Assembly (NCBI RefSeq): GCF_009834535.1
Contig: NC_045696.1
Span: 15,750,001-15,814,000 of the forward strand
DNA: 64,000 nucleotides
Source: Camelus ferus
Lineage: Eukaryota
Reading direction: 5' to 3'
Below the pieces are notes generated by a model. That model saw only the letters and a program-made list of their open reading frames with translations. It made no database searches and was not told the DNA's origin. Position 1 is the first letter of the stretch; every line of letters begins with the position of its first letter. Shown piece after piece: positions 1 to 13,505 of the stretch. A program made the translations under genes and the position numbers.

Positions 1-490
1 CAAAGAATCTGCAGCCAAAAAATGTGGTAAAGCATTTACCCTGCAGAGTTGTGCCAGGCAGTTAGTTAATCTAATGTATTTTCCTTAAAAAGGCTCCTCA
101 AAAATTTACAACTTTTAGACTCTAGGAAACACTTGATCCATCATTGGCTTTGATTTACAAGCTGCATAGATCTTAACTGGTCTGTCTCTAATCTGTTTTT
201 TCCCATAAACCCTATTATTTTTAATTCATGATATTGTAGAACTTGGGGTTTTTGCAAGAATGTGTACATCTGATTATAGCAGAAATATCTGTTGTTGTTA
301 TTACTATTTTTATCCTCATAACTACAATTATTGGAACTTAGGATGAGGAGGGAGGGATATATTCAACCAGATCTGTTAAATAATAGATTTTTAAAGTATG
401 ATTTTGTATTTGTATTCCATTTTATATTTTAAAAACACTCCACTTTGCATTTTAAAAGAAAATATCAAGCGAATGAAAGCCCACAGAAAT

Positions 491-1263
491 TTTTGTTGTT
501 TTGTTTTGTTTACTTATTTATTTTATTGAGGTCGAGTTGTTTACAGTGTTATATTAGATTCAGGTGTACAACATACTGATTCAAAATTGTTATAGATTTA
601 TATTATATTTAAAGTTATTATAAGATATTGGCTATATTCTCTGTGCTGTACAATATACCCTTGTAGCTTATTTGTTTTATACATAGTAGTTTGTATCTCT
701 TAATTCTCTACCCCTATCTGGCCTCTCCCCTTTCCTCTCCCCACTGGTAACCACTAGTTTGTTCTCTGTATCTGTGAGTCTACTTCTGTTTTGTTATATT
801 TACTTAATTGCTTTATTTTGTATATCCCCCATATAAGTGATAACATACAGTATTTGTCTTTCTCTGTCTGACTTATTTCACTAAGCATAATACCTTCCAT
901 GTCCATCTATGTTGTTGCAAATGGCAAAATTCTTTTTTATGGCTGAGTATAGTATTCCATTGCTTATATATACCACATCTTTATCCATTCATCTGTTAAG
1001 GAACACTTAGGTTGCTTCCAAATATAGGCAATTGTAAATAATGCTGCTATGGGCATTGAGTGCATCTATCTTTTCGAATTAGTGGTTTCATTTTCTTTGT
1101 ACATATACTCAGGAATGGAATTGCTGGATCCTTTGGTATTTCTATTTTTGCTCCTTCGAGGGACTTCCATACTATTTTCCACAGTGGTTGCACTAATTTG
1201 TATTCCCACCAGCAGTATACAAATATTCCCTTTTCTCCACATCCTCGCCAACATTTGTTAATT
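491..1263 (-). mobile_element. 5'-truncated L1 3' end (ORF2 C-terminus and 3'UTR) with 15-bp TSD
   Basis: Minus-strand ORF resembles L1 ORF2 C-terminus ([25 protein letters not shown]). T-rich tail at ~491-527. TSD aaagcccacagaaat (476-490) / aaagcccacggaaat (1264-1278). Confidence 0.92.
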
Positions 1264-4200
1264 AAAGCCCACGGAAATATTACCCCAACTTCTTCTGAAG
1301 TCAAAAACTTAGCAGATCATAGTTTTCTTGATATGTTTACTGAACTTGCATTTTACTTTCAAAGTTACAAATCATTTCTTCCTGCTCTGTTCTGTTTTAC
1401 AAATCTTTGATATCCCAAGGTAGAGAGGTCCACGTCCCACTTGAGAAAACACCTTATTTATGTGCTTATTTAAATCAATTTAAATGATCTGTTTAAACTT
1501 TCATTCTTGAGAATTGAACAAGATAAACCATCTTTAATTTTGTTAGAAGTATCATGTTAACTAGAAAGTAGAAACTTCATAGGGCAGCTGTTTGCCTGAG
1601 CTGTCACTCATTAACTTTCCCACCCTGGAATTAAACTGATAGTTGTTTATTAGTATCTTTCTATGAAAGTAAATAAAGAAATAAGCTGCTTAAAGGAAAG
1701 AGAGTGATGTGAGTGCTGCTTTAAACTGGATGGTAAAGGGTGAGCAGATAAGGGGCCTGAAGACGTGATATTTGAGCAAAGAACTAAACAGGGAAGTCAG
1801 CCATGTGAATATTTTGACCAAATCCACTTCACCAGAGACTTTAAACAGCATGTGATAAATGAGAAAATAGAACTTCAAAAATAAAATATTTCAAAATAGC
1901 ATGAATATCTTACATATGTAATAAAACAGATTATGTAATTTTAACATAAAATTATTTGCCAAATTAGTAAACTAAGCACAGACCAGGAGTTATAGTAGAG
2001 AAATTTTGTCATTTAATGTGCTCTGAAACATTTAACCTGTTCTGAAACAGTTTTGGCTTTTAGCCAAATTACTTTTATTCATGTCATTTTATAAAGTATA
2101 ATTTAAGTTCTAAATATTTAAACCCATATTCAGATCTTCATGATATTAAAAAAACATAGATAGATGTTGTGTTTTAATTATGAAGTTAACCTTTAAATTT
2201 CATTTAAATGTTAAGCAATTTTAATAACATTATCTTTTCCTCTGACATTACCATTGATCAGTGTATCTTAGGCATCACCAGGGTGTATCACAATGTATAC
2301 CCATCAAAGTGTCATTAGAGATGGACCATGACTACATAGAGTTTATAGAATTTAGTTTTATAAGTCAGAAAGGAGATTTATAAACATTGCATTGTTATGA
2401 TAGACATTCGGCTAATAAATCCTAAATAAGTTTTGATTTATAGGTCCTTTTATTGCCCTTAGGATTCAAGTGACTGATTTATGAGTCAGTATGCTAAAAT
2501 CTATAATTTGATCAGGCATACATTTACTCTGTGATTTCTGTTTTGACGTGTAATTCATAAATCCTGGTCAGTAGGTTTTGAGTTTTCTCAGCGCCCTGCA
2601 TTTAGCAGTGGGCCTCATAAGCACATATTTTAGGATGTCGATGATTAAAAGTGATAATTTGCACATAATTCAGTAAAATAAAAACAGCAGCTAAGGAGAA
2701 CTTTCCCGTGTCCTAGTGGGTGCATTGGTAGAGGTGAGCTCTAAACTTAACCGATGATTTCAAAATATTTTAGTTTTAAGAACAGTAAAATATTATAATT
2801 AAAATTATTGTTGACTGTATCTGCCAGGGTGGGACTGGTGCGCCAAAAACCACTAGCTGTCTTCTAATATCCAATCCCTCTTTTTCTATAATAATACAAT
2901 TTTTGCATAGAACGCAGTATCTGTCCAGGATAAACATGACGTTTTGCAGCCTTCCATGAAGCTGTGTGACCACGTGACTAGCTTACAGCCAGTGATCTTT
3001 GAGCAGAGGTGATAACACACCTTCAGTACATAAACCCCTGGCTGGAATGCAAAGTCTAGGTCCCCAGCATGCGGTACCATCCTTTGAGCTCTGATGGACT
3101 TATGCCATGACAGATAGATGAGGGAAAAAACGACTTCTCATCTTTCAAGTCGTTCATTTAAATCTGTTCTAGCAGACAGACGTTCTTTCATTTTTCAACA
3201 AATTTTATTAAATGTGTTGTTTGTCAGGACCTCTGCTAATATAATTGTGGTGGAAATAAAGATAAATATGTTTCAGTCCTTGCCTCTGTTAAATGTATTC
3301 CTAAACAGTCATTTGTTTTTAACGCTCAGATACGTAAGAATTGTTTTTAATTTTGTTCTCTGTTTGCTCCTGGAACATAAAAATATAATTGGTGTTTGTG
3401 TATAAATCCTTATACAATCATGCTGAATTCACTTAGTGCTTCTAGAAATTATTTTGTACATTAGTTAGATTTTCTATGTAAAAAATTGTCGTCTGCAGTA
3501 GAGTTATGCTTATTCCTTTCTGATCTGTATGCCTTTTATTTCTTTTTCTTACTTTAATTGCCCTGGAAATATTGAATATAAATTATTAGAGGAGACATCT
3601 TTGCCCTGTTCTGGAACTTAGAGGTAAAAGTGTTCCTTTAAATATTGACAAATGCAGTTGTTTTCATTGATCTTCTTTGTCAGATTGAGGAAATTCTCTT
3701 TTGTTCCTAATGATTAGGGTTTGAATTTCATCAAATACTTTTTTTATGTCTGTTGAAATGATCATATGCTTAGTTTTTTTGTAATGTGAACTATATTGAT
3801 TGATTTTCAAATTTTAAACCACCTTTGCAGTCCTGATAGAATCCCTACTTAGTCATGTTTAATTTTTTAAAATATATTTCTGAATTTAATTTGTTAAGAT
3901 TTTTGTTTTGGACTTTTGCATCTATGTTCATGAGGGATCTTGGGCTGTAAGTTGATTTCCTTGTAAATGTTTTCAGTTCTGCTCTTAGAGTTACACTGAC
4001 CTCATACAACAGCCAAGGAAGTGCTCTTCCTTCCTCTCTTTTCTGAAAGAATTTATGTAAGATCGATTTATTACTTCTTTAAAGGCTGGATAGAATTCAT
4101 CAGTGAAGCCATCTGGGTCTGGAGTTCTATTTGAGGAAATATTTTTAATAATGATTTTAATTTTAATTTTTATAGGTACAGAACTGTTTAGATTTTCTAT

Positions 4201-4509
4201 TCCCACTTATGTCTTTTTCAATTTTTTTTTCATTTCACCTAAGTCTTCAAACAATTTTATTAAGCTCATAATATCCCCTTATTATCTTTTCATATCTCTA
4301 GGATCTGCAGTGATAAAGCCTCTTTTATTCCCAGTATGGCTAATTTGTATTCTTCTTCCTTTCTTTCTTTCTTCCTTTCTTTTTCAGTCTGTCTTTTCTA
4401 GAGGTTTCTCAATTTTATTAATATTTTCACAGAAGCAAATTTGGGCTTTGTTGATGTTCTCCATTGTTTGTTTTCTAACTCACTGATATCTCCTCTTTAT
4501 TCTTTCCTT

Positions 4510-4556
<47 letters not shown>

Positions 4557-5040
4557 TATTGAGGTATAACTGATTTACAATGTTGTGTTAGTTTCTGGTA
4601 TACAGAATAGTGACTCAGTTATATGTATATATATTTTTTATATTCTTTTTCTTTATAGGTTATTGTAAGATATTGAACATAGTTCCCTGTGCTATATAGT
4701 AGGACTTTGTTGTTTATCTATTTTGTATATAGTAGTTTGGGACCGTTAATCCCAAATTCATAATTTATCCCTTCCCCCTTCTCCTTTTCTTCTTTGGTAA
4801 CTATAAGTTTGTTTTCTATGTTTGTGAATCTGTTTGTGTTTTGTGAATAAGTTCATTTGTATCATTTTTTAGATTCCACATATAAGTGATATTGTTAATA
4901 TGATATTTGTCTTTTTCTGTCTGACTTACTTCACTTAGTATGATAATCTCTGGGTCCATCCATGTTGCTGCAAATGGCATTATCTCATTCTTTTTTATGG
5001 CTGAGTAGTATTCCATTGTGTATATTTATATATGTATATA
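4510..5040 (-). mobile_element. Younger L1 3' end with (TTTA)n tail
   Basis: Minus-strand [42 protein letters not shown] is the canonical ORF2 end. The 3'UTR is similar to the copies at 19353-19801 and 43715-44380. (TTTA)n at ~4510-4556. Confidence 0.92.
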
Positions 5041-5540
5041 TAAAAGATCACATAGTACGATCAAGGTGGATTCATCCCAGGGTCACAAAGATGGTTCAAC
5101 ATACGCAAATCAATGTGATACACCACATTAACAAAAGAAAGGACAAAAACCACATGATCATCTCAATAGATGCAGAAGCATTTGATAAAATCCAACATCT
5201 ATTCATGACAAAAACTCTTACTAAAGTGGATCTAAAGGAAACATATCTCAACATAATGAAAGCTATTTATGAGAAACCCACAGCCAACATAATCCTCAAT
5301 GGTGAAAAGCTGACAGCCTTCCTGCTAAAATCTGGAACAAGTTAAGGATGCCCTCTCTCACCACTTCTATTTAGCATAGTATTGAAGTCCTAGCCATGGC
5401 CATCAGACAAAAAAAAAGAAATAAAAGAGTCCCAAATTGGAAGGGAAGAGGTAAAATTGTCACTATATGTAGATGACGTGATACTATATATAGAAAACCC
5501 GAAAGACTCCACACAAAAACTCCTAGAAATGATAAACAAA
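5041..5540 (+). mobile_element. L1 ORF2 reverse-transcriptase fragment, inverted relative to the adjacent L1 3' end
   Basis: [30 protein letters not shown]...[13 protein letters not shown]; downstream GCPLSPLLF and YVDD (tatgtagatgac ~5466-5477). Confidence 0.92.
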
Positions 5541-8500
5541 TCCCCATCTTTATTTCATGTTTGCAGTGCTCTTCTTCTCCTTGCTTCTTAAGATGGAAGC
5601 TTCGATCATTTAATGTTAGATGTTACTTCTTCTCTAATATAATCATTTAAAGATATGTTTTCCTCTAAGCATTGTAGAGTTACATCCCACAAATGTTGCT
5701 ATGAACTTTCAGAACCATTGACATGAAAATGTGTTCTGATTTCATTTATGATTTCTTTTTTGATTCATCAGTTTAAAAGTGTGTTTCTTAAATTCCAGAT
5801 ACTTGGAGTTTTACTCAACATATTGTTATTGATTTCTAATTTAGTTCTGCTTTGGTCGGAGATCATACTCTGGAATATTTCAGCTTTTGGACTTTAATGA
5901 GATTTGTGTTTGGCCCAGCGTATGGCCTGTCTTGGTGGATGTACGTGTGCACTTGGAAAGAATGTACCTTCTGCACTCGTTAGGTGTAGTGTTCTGTAAG
6001 TGTCAGTTAGTCAAGATGGTTGACACTGCTGTTCAGGGGGTCTGTACTTACTGGCTTTTTATGTAATTATTCCAATAATTGCCATGAGAGTTTGTTAAAA
6101 TTCCAACCATAATTGTGAATTTGTCTCTTCCTCTCTTTAATTCTACCAATTTTTGCCTCCTGGATTTTGAAACTCTTTTTGTTCTTAGTGCAAATGCATT
6201 TCTGAATGTTCAGTCTTCCTGATTAATTAACCTTTTAACATTATGAAAAAATATATATTTCTTCTTCCTAGCCTTTAAGTGAGGCTTTGAATTAAGAGTG
6301 CATCTAACTGAATTTTTCTACTTAAAATGTTCTCTCATGTAGACAGCATTACAATTCATGCTTTTTAAGCTTCTCCGACAATTCTTGTCTATTCATTGAG
6401 TATTTAATTTCCATTTACTGTAAGTATTGATGTGGTTGGATTTAGGTCTGTTATTTTGTGTGTTCCTCTGTCCCTCTTCTATCATTTTGAGTTCATTGAA
6501 ATTATTTTTAGAATTAGGTTTTATTGGCTTGTCACTTACCTCTTTGTATCATTATTTTAGTGGTGTTCTACAGATTACAATGCTCATCCTTAATTTTCAG
6601 TCTGCTGGAATTTAATGTTGTAGTAAATTCCAAAGAAATAAATATAATGTAATTATTAATGTGAAATCTTTGCAATCTTTTGAGATTTACGTGCAACTTG
6701 TAGGTGTTACACTCCTGTGAATTTATGCTATGATTTTCATGTTTATTACATAAGATGCTATGCATGCATCATTTTCACTTTAAACAGTCATAACCATTTT
6801 AAAGAAATTAAAGTCAAAATTTTTACCTGGAATCATTTCCCTTTGACTTAAATAACTTGCTTTAGCTTTTCTTGAAAGGAAGGCCTGCTGGAGAATTATC
6901 TTTGTGTTTGTTCATCTGAAAATGCCTCTATTTCACCTTTATTGCTCAATGTTATTTTTGCTCCAGAGAGAATTCTGGGATGACAGTTTGTTGTTTTCAT
7001 CTGGTACTTTAAAGATGTCATTTCACTGTATTCTGGCCTCCAACGTTTCTGCTGAGATGTCACTGGTAACTTGTGTTTCTGTTCATGTATATGTAATGTG
7101 TCTTTTTTCCTCTGGATACTTTCAAGATTCTCTTCATCTTTTGTTTTCCACATTTCCATTTTTTTTTCTATTTATACTATGTAGGATTCTCTGAACTTTT
7201 TGACTCTGTAAAATTTTGGAAACATTTGCTTATTTTTTCTTCAAATGTTGCATTTATCCAGTTCTGTCTCTTGTATTCTAAAATTCCATATGCACCTGAC
7301 CTTTTGATATGACCCCACAAATCACTGAGAATCTGTTATTTTTTTCTTAATTTCTTTTTATCTCTGTTATCTGCATTGTATAACTTCAGCTGAGTTACCG
7401 TCAAGTCACTGACTCTTTCTTCATTTGCAATATGCTGTTAAGCTCATCCAATGAATTTTTTGTTTTGGATATTGTGGGGTTTTTATTTCTAGAATTTTCA
7501 TTTGGTTCTTTTTTATAATTATTATCTCTCTGCTGCGATTTTCTGTTTATCCATTCATTATGAGCATATTTTCCTTTGTATCTTTGGGCATAGTTATAAT
7601 CGCTACACTGAAATTCTTGTTAGCTAATTCTAGCATCTGGGTCATCTCAGAATCAGTTTCTTTAATTGCCTTTCTTTCCTCTTGACTCTGTATCCAGTAA
7701 TCTGGGATGTATCCTGGGGACATTGCGAAAAACACATGGTAGAAACTGGGCTCTGTTATTTCTCCAAGTTTTGATAATTTTAGGTGGCCGCTGGGAGTTT
7801 GCCTTGTGCATGCATAGTTCAGAGATGATCCTGAGATTCTCCCACAATTTATATGAAAAATTTAACATCGCCTTGCCCCCTCACTTTCCATCTACTTTGA
7901 TAGTCCTAAACTCTGCCTTCTGGTTCTCAAAACCAGTACACTTAAAACTGAAAAACGGGTTTCTGTACAAGAGTTGAGCTAGTTTGTTTCGTCTGTCTGG
8001 GGCATGCCCTTGAACAAAACGCCTTATCAACAGGAAACACCCAATCCCATTTCCTTCTTGCACGTTTTAACTCTCTTCCAGTTTATGCCTGCTTTTTGTT
8101 TCTCTCCAGTGACTTCAGGGAGTTGTTTTTGTTATATTTCGTCAAGAATTCATAGTTGTTGTCTGTGGTGAAGTTGGACCCAGAGGAGAGACTCCACTTC
8201 TACCTCTCTACTAGGAGAGGAAACTGCCTCATCCCTGGTTACTGCCTGTAAGGAGCTCATAGTCTAGCGTCCTAAACAGAGAGGCTAACAGCATCTAGGG
8301 AGAGTTTAAGAAAAGTTCTTTCAGAAAATGATTTCCTTAAAACACAAAAAGGATGTCTTCCTTAAAATGGCATTGCACATCAACCTTGTTTTCTCACTTA
8401 CTTTTATATTAGATCAGAAAGGAGAGAAATGATTATGAGACCAAAAAAAAAAAAAAAAGTGAATCCCAGACATAATAAAATGCTATTTGTGAATGCATCA

Positions 8501-9149
8501 AAGCTTCTGATTAAACAGCACTGAATGTAAATATCTATCTTTATTTCCTCCTGAAGCCATACAAAACAATGACATTAAAAAACTCGAGTAAAAAAAAAAC
8601 AACCTCACAAGGACAAAAAGAAGACAGCAGACAACAAAAGTAACATTTTGAAATCTGGGAACTCATCTAACCACTGGTAACTGCTTTAGACTAGAGAATG
8701 CAATAACATGCGTCTGTTGAGGCAAAAAACTAAAAGCTGTCATTTCCACATAAAACTACAGAAATCCTCGGGGATTTCTGGAGACAACTGGTGCTTGAAA
8801 GGCAGGTGTGCAAAAAAAAGAGACTGAAAACTGGCGTGTGGGCTGAACGGCTTTCAAAGAGAAGGTAGACCCTCTCCACTCTGCTTCATTGAAAATCTGG
8901 GGTTGATTTTTGGAGAAGTTTGTATCTACAGCCTCTGGATTTGGAGACAGCAAGTATAATTGAGATTGGAGGGTGAGTTACTGCTAAAATCCGATGGATT
9001 GTGGGAAAATCTTCCCACTGCAGAGAGCTTTGTTCCCTCCCTGGCTCCTGAAAGACCTTAACCAGGCTTACATACTTAAGGTCGGAGATTGGTGAACTGC
9101 CTTCTGGCACAAAATTGATCCACCCAAAAGTAAAGACCTACAGGAGGGA

Positions 9150-9560
9150 TTTTTTTTTAACCAGGAGTTCTATAAACATTGATGAAAAAGGTAATTCATA
9201 TTTGTTGTTTTCAATAACCTCTGAAAGTTAGCATTTTTGTCATTTCTGAATGTGGGCAAGAAACCATTGTGGTATTAGCAGCACCTGGGACTTGTCACCA
9301 AGAGGAATCAAAACTATTTTCTTATCACACTACTCATCGCACATACCTTGAAGGAGTATTTACACTCATAATTATTTCAACAGTTATTAGACGCAGTTCT
9401 AAAGCTTATTACATGATGTATTAATAAAGCAGCACATATAATCTGTATCATATATTTAATTTTTAGTATTTTGGTATAGTCGATTTCATGCATTTAAAAA
9501 TATCAATCTGAAATGGGCTTCACCAGGTTGCTGTGGCACAAAAAAAAGTTAAGAACCTGT
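9150..9560. mobile_element. hAT-Charlie-like DNA transposon remnant
   Basis: Terminal ggcttcaccagg...ggcacaaaaaaaagttaagaacctg and internal ttagcagcacctgggacttgtcacca resemble Charlie-type MITEs; subfamily not determined. Confidence 0.55.
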
Positions 9561-9569
9561 AAACTGTGG

Positions 9570-10010
9570 ATACAGGCCTTTGGAGATTTCCCCTAACCAA
9601 GGGAATGATTGCATGGTAGCAACTCTGCAATGAGACTCAAAAATTGATAAGCCACACTCATCCTTCTGAATAGGGGGTTTTGTGGCCTCACTTGTAATGA
9701 TTTGACAGCTAAGGAAGACCAGACATTTGAGGACACTTCTACCATGAAAGGCAGAGACAGAATAAAACAAAATAGAATCAAATCGGAAACAAAGAGGGGA
9801 GAGAAACAAAGTGGTGAGAAAATAAATGCATGAAAGAAATATCATAATTAATACTCGAAGAGACATAAGAGATTGTATTGTATTCATAAAACAAGGCCAG
9901 GACACTACATGCAAAGGAACAAAGAACACAAAGGAGCTGTCAGAAATTCGCTGAAGAGAACTTCAATAAAAAGCTCAGCAGATGTGCAGAAAATGATGAG
10001 AAGCACAACA
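9570..10010 (+). mobile_element. HAL1/L1 ORF1-like remnant
   Basis: A-rich degenerate sequence (gagacataagagattgtattgtattcataaaacaag...) similar in style to 58560-59075. Confidence 0.4.
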
Positions 10011-13000
10011 TTTCTGTATTCCTCCTTCAAGGAAGCAGAGGGAAAAGTCAAAGAGATAAAAATGTTATGTTATCCACTCTACCTGTTCTCCACTTAGGAA
10101 ACCCTGAACTGCTCGGTAAACCCCCCCCCCCGACCTCCACTTCTGCACACTGTCACTCTACCACCGTGCCCCCACCTACGCCCATCCACCTGTTCAGTAG
10201 CAGGTGAGAAAATGCGTTGGTTGTGGGGGGGTGCCCCAGTAGTTTGCTCTTTCCGTAGACTGCAGCATCTGATGAAATGAAGATACATCTCTGTAGTGGT
10301 CCCTTCTGCTGCTCTCCACAATTTCGAGTTTTCTACTGACCAGCCTCGTGACAGTAGGCAGCTCCCTCTGCTGTAGTTTGAAGTTGAGCATTGCCCTGTG
10401 ACCTGCTTTGGCCAGTGACATGTGTGCCACCCTTCTGGAGAGAAGCTTCCAGAGCTAGTTTGCTATTCGGCACGTGCTCTTCTCTCTGTCTTGATGAAAG
10501 CTCTGCCAGTCTGGGTCACCGAGTGCCTATACAGGACAAAAATCCCTTCTTGCCAACCCCACGTTGGCTACAAAGCTTGCGTGCTAGATAAGCTTTGCGT
10601 GGTCCAAGCACTGAGAGCTTGAGGATGGTTGTATTCAGTATAAACTAGAATCTCTACCATCTACCTCCCTGCATCAGCACTGTGAGTGAGCTGGGCTGTG
10701 AACCAGAGGGGAGTGCCGCACAGAAGAACAGAACAGAGGAAGCTGAGCTGGACCCTTTAATAGCTCAGTCTTGATCTTCTGCATAAGTTACCTGGAATCC
10801 AGAGGTTTTAAGTCAAACGCTGCACACGCCCACACCCGGTTTCAGCTCCACATAGTCTCCGAGTCCCTGCATATGCCGTTCTTTCTATCCGATAAACTCT
10901 CCCTAGACCTTCTCCTGTCCTCTTCAGTTAATTAACTTGTGTTCCTCCACCCCAGTCCCCTCCAACAGCATCTCCCAGGGACACTTTCCTAAACCCCGAT
11001 GCCACGTGAGGTCCCTGGGCTTTCTGCTCCTGCACTCGTGAGTTTCCCCCACTGTGTCTACAGTCACAAACTCTTGGCTCCTTTTGCTGGACTTCATGAG
11101 TGCAGCATCTCTGTCTGGGCCCCAGAAATAAAGATCAAGGCACCGATGAGAACAGAATGATTTCAAGGCCTGCAATTTAGCAGGTGCCCCGGTGACATCA
11201 AGGAGCAGCTCCATTTCCATTCTGGTGTCTCAGGGCCATTGGCATTGTAAAAATAGTGACTGAAAATCAAAGAGAAAAAGTTATCATTTTCTTTCTACCC
11301 AAGTGTTGAATTTTAAAAGCAAGGCTCCAGGCCCTTTATCGTCACATTAGAGTGACTCCTGCCACGTTTTTCTAAAATGGAAACCTCTGAAGTGTGGAGC
11401 AAATGGTGTTTAAAATGGACTAAGGTGACTTACACCTTCTCAAAAAAGTCTTCAGTTCCTGCCATACCCGATTTCGAAATGTTATAATTTGGCATTGCCT
11501 TCCTTTGATAATGTACACGCTTTCTGAATTCCCAAAGACTCTATATACACCCATTTGTTAAAAGCATAATAAATCATCGTATAGAAAAGCAGGGTTCAAT
11601 AGCTGTAGGGCTTTCAAGAATGTATCACATCTGCTTTTTTTATTTTTCTTCCCATGTTTCTCTGGCAACTTAAGGCTTACATGGCAAAGGAGTCACGCAG
11701 GCTCGCTGGTGCTCTCTTGGATGGGCAGATTAGAAACAGCCTCCAGTGGAGGTGCCTTAGGGTTCGTTCAACTCCTGAGCCTGTTGGAGAGAAACTAAGG
11801 CAGACCTTCCTTGGAGGGTGGGATCCGAGAGGGGCTGCTGACTCAGCCGGGCAGCATGTGTGAGGAAAAGAACCCTCACAAGGCAGACACTGTCTGTAAA
11901 ACAAATGAAATGGGGGTGCCCCCTGGATTCTAGACAGAATTGTAATAAAGCCTGGTTGGGAACTCACCGACTTCACCGCACAGCCATTGGGAGAGGTACT
12001 GGTGAAAGGTTCCTAAGTCTGCCCTCCTCCATCCAAAATAACAGAACGAGCAACACTTGAAAGTACCGTTCTTTATAATAGCACAATTATTCTAAGCTGA
12101 GCTTCCTCCATTTCTCCTTTCATAGCTTCCCTCCTCTGCCTTTTTGCCCTCACTCAGCAAAGAGCTCCCTTTAGCTGTTCTATTTTTCTGTCCAACACAG
12201 ACACTCTGGGCCGGGCTGTCTCGGTGCCACCCTGCACTGGCAGGGCCCACACCTCAGGAGTTGCATTGTCAGTAGACAATTTTCCACTGGCTTATGGGAA
12301 ACAAAGTGAACAGATGGAAATAATAAAAGTTCCAGGCAGGATGTGTTTCTGTCACAGCTATTCTGTAAAATGGGAACAGTCTTCTTTTCTTTGCAAGTGC
12401 GTGGAGTAAAATTAATCCCATGAGACGTAGGCAAGCGGCTGGTAACTGACAGGTTCCCACAAGGAAACAGCATACTCAAACTGGAAATTGCAGAATCTCA
12501 TAAAAGGACTTTGGATAAAGGTGCAGACAGGGACTGGAGGAACCAAGAAGAGATGGTGCAGTATTATGGACTGTCAACAGCAGAGAGCTTTTACCATCTC
12601 TAACCTGAAAGGAATGAGGGGAGGGAGCAGTTACCAAAACCCAGAGAGAGTGGGGCCCACCAGAAATGTGGGGTGTCCATGGAAGGCAGCCCCTGGCAGC
12701 AACTGACTGGGGAGGGTCTCATCCTTACCCTCCTCTCGGCCTCCAGTCCCCCGTATCAGGCTCCCATTGGCCGAACCCAAAGCAGCAGTTATGGATCAAC
12801 CTTCCTGATTACTGAGCAAGATGGAGAAGGGTGGAAGGTGAGTCAGAGGGACAAGGGGGTAAAATCTAGCACAGGGACACCCAGTAGAGACTCGAGGTAT
12901 GGCTGCTGAGGCCAAGGCTGAGAAGTGAGAGTCATTGATGCACTCATTTCACATCAACCCTTTATGAAGCCCTTATTACGTCAAGGAGCCCTGCTAGTTC

Positions 13001-13464
13001 CCAAGAATACAAAGAAATAAGAAGTCCCTTCTGCCTTGAAAGAGCTATAGTGGAGAAACCAGACATATAAACAGGCAGGTGACAATACATCATCGTGATA
13101 TTAGTGAAATATTGACTGAGTTTTCTCCCAAGGTTATTATTTTGAGGTTCTGCTTGACAAATTGCTTAAACTGATTTGAAGTAAGTGCTGACAGAGTGCC
13201 AGGAAACCGGTCAAGGGCACGCCACACATGCTGGGGGCTCCGTGTGAGTGGTGCAATTAGAACTTCATCCTGAATTTTGTATCGTTTGAATCAGTCTTAG
13301 AGCAAATACATCTGAGTCCTAAATTCTGAACAAAAGCTGGTAGGCCTTTTGCCGTGAGGGAATACGTGGTCTTGGCCGACTGTGTTATATCAACTAGTGT
13401 TTGCTGCTCATTTTTACAAGTCTTTTCAACTCTCAGAACCAACATCAAGCATTGAAGACAAAAG

Positions 13465-13505
13465 ACACACACACACACACACACACACACACCCCACCAC
13501 CACCA
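13465..13505. repeat. (CA)n microsatellite followed by short (CCA)n
   Basis: About 14 AC units seen directly. Confidence 0.95.

Larger units (their letters stand above)
3340..8210 (-). mobile_element. Old, degenerate L1 (L1M-type) spanning 5' region, ORF1 and ORF2 EN/RT, interrupted by a younger L1 at ~4510-5540
   Basis: Minus-strand remnants: ORF2 TPDPDGFTDEFYPAFKE (3991-4206); RT ADD motif (ttgtcgtctgca ~3487-3498); ORF1 C-terminus CHPRILSGAKITLSNKGEIEAFSDEQ (6896-7159); ORF1 N-terminus MTQMLELANKNF (7547-7735). Confidence 0.85.

Noticed and set aside
4962..5345. 127-aa RT-like ORF as a functional gene or retron-like system
   Set aside because: It is a chimeric ORF crossing the L1 inversion junction; the RT is a fragment with frameshifts and a stop.
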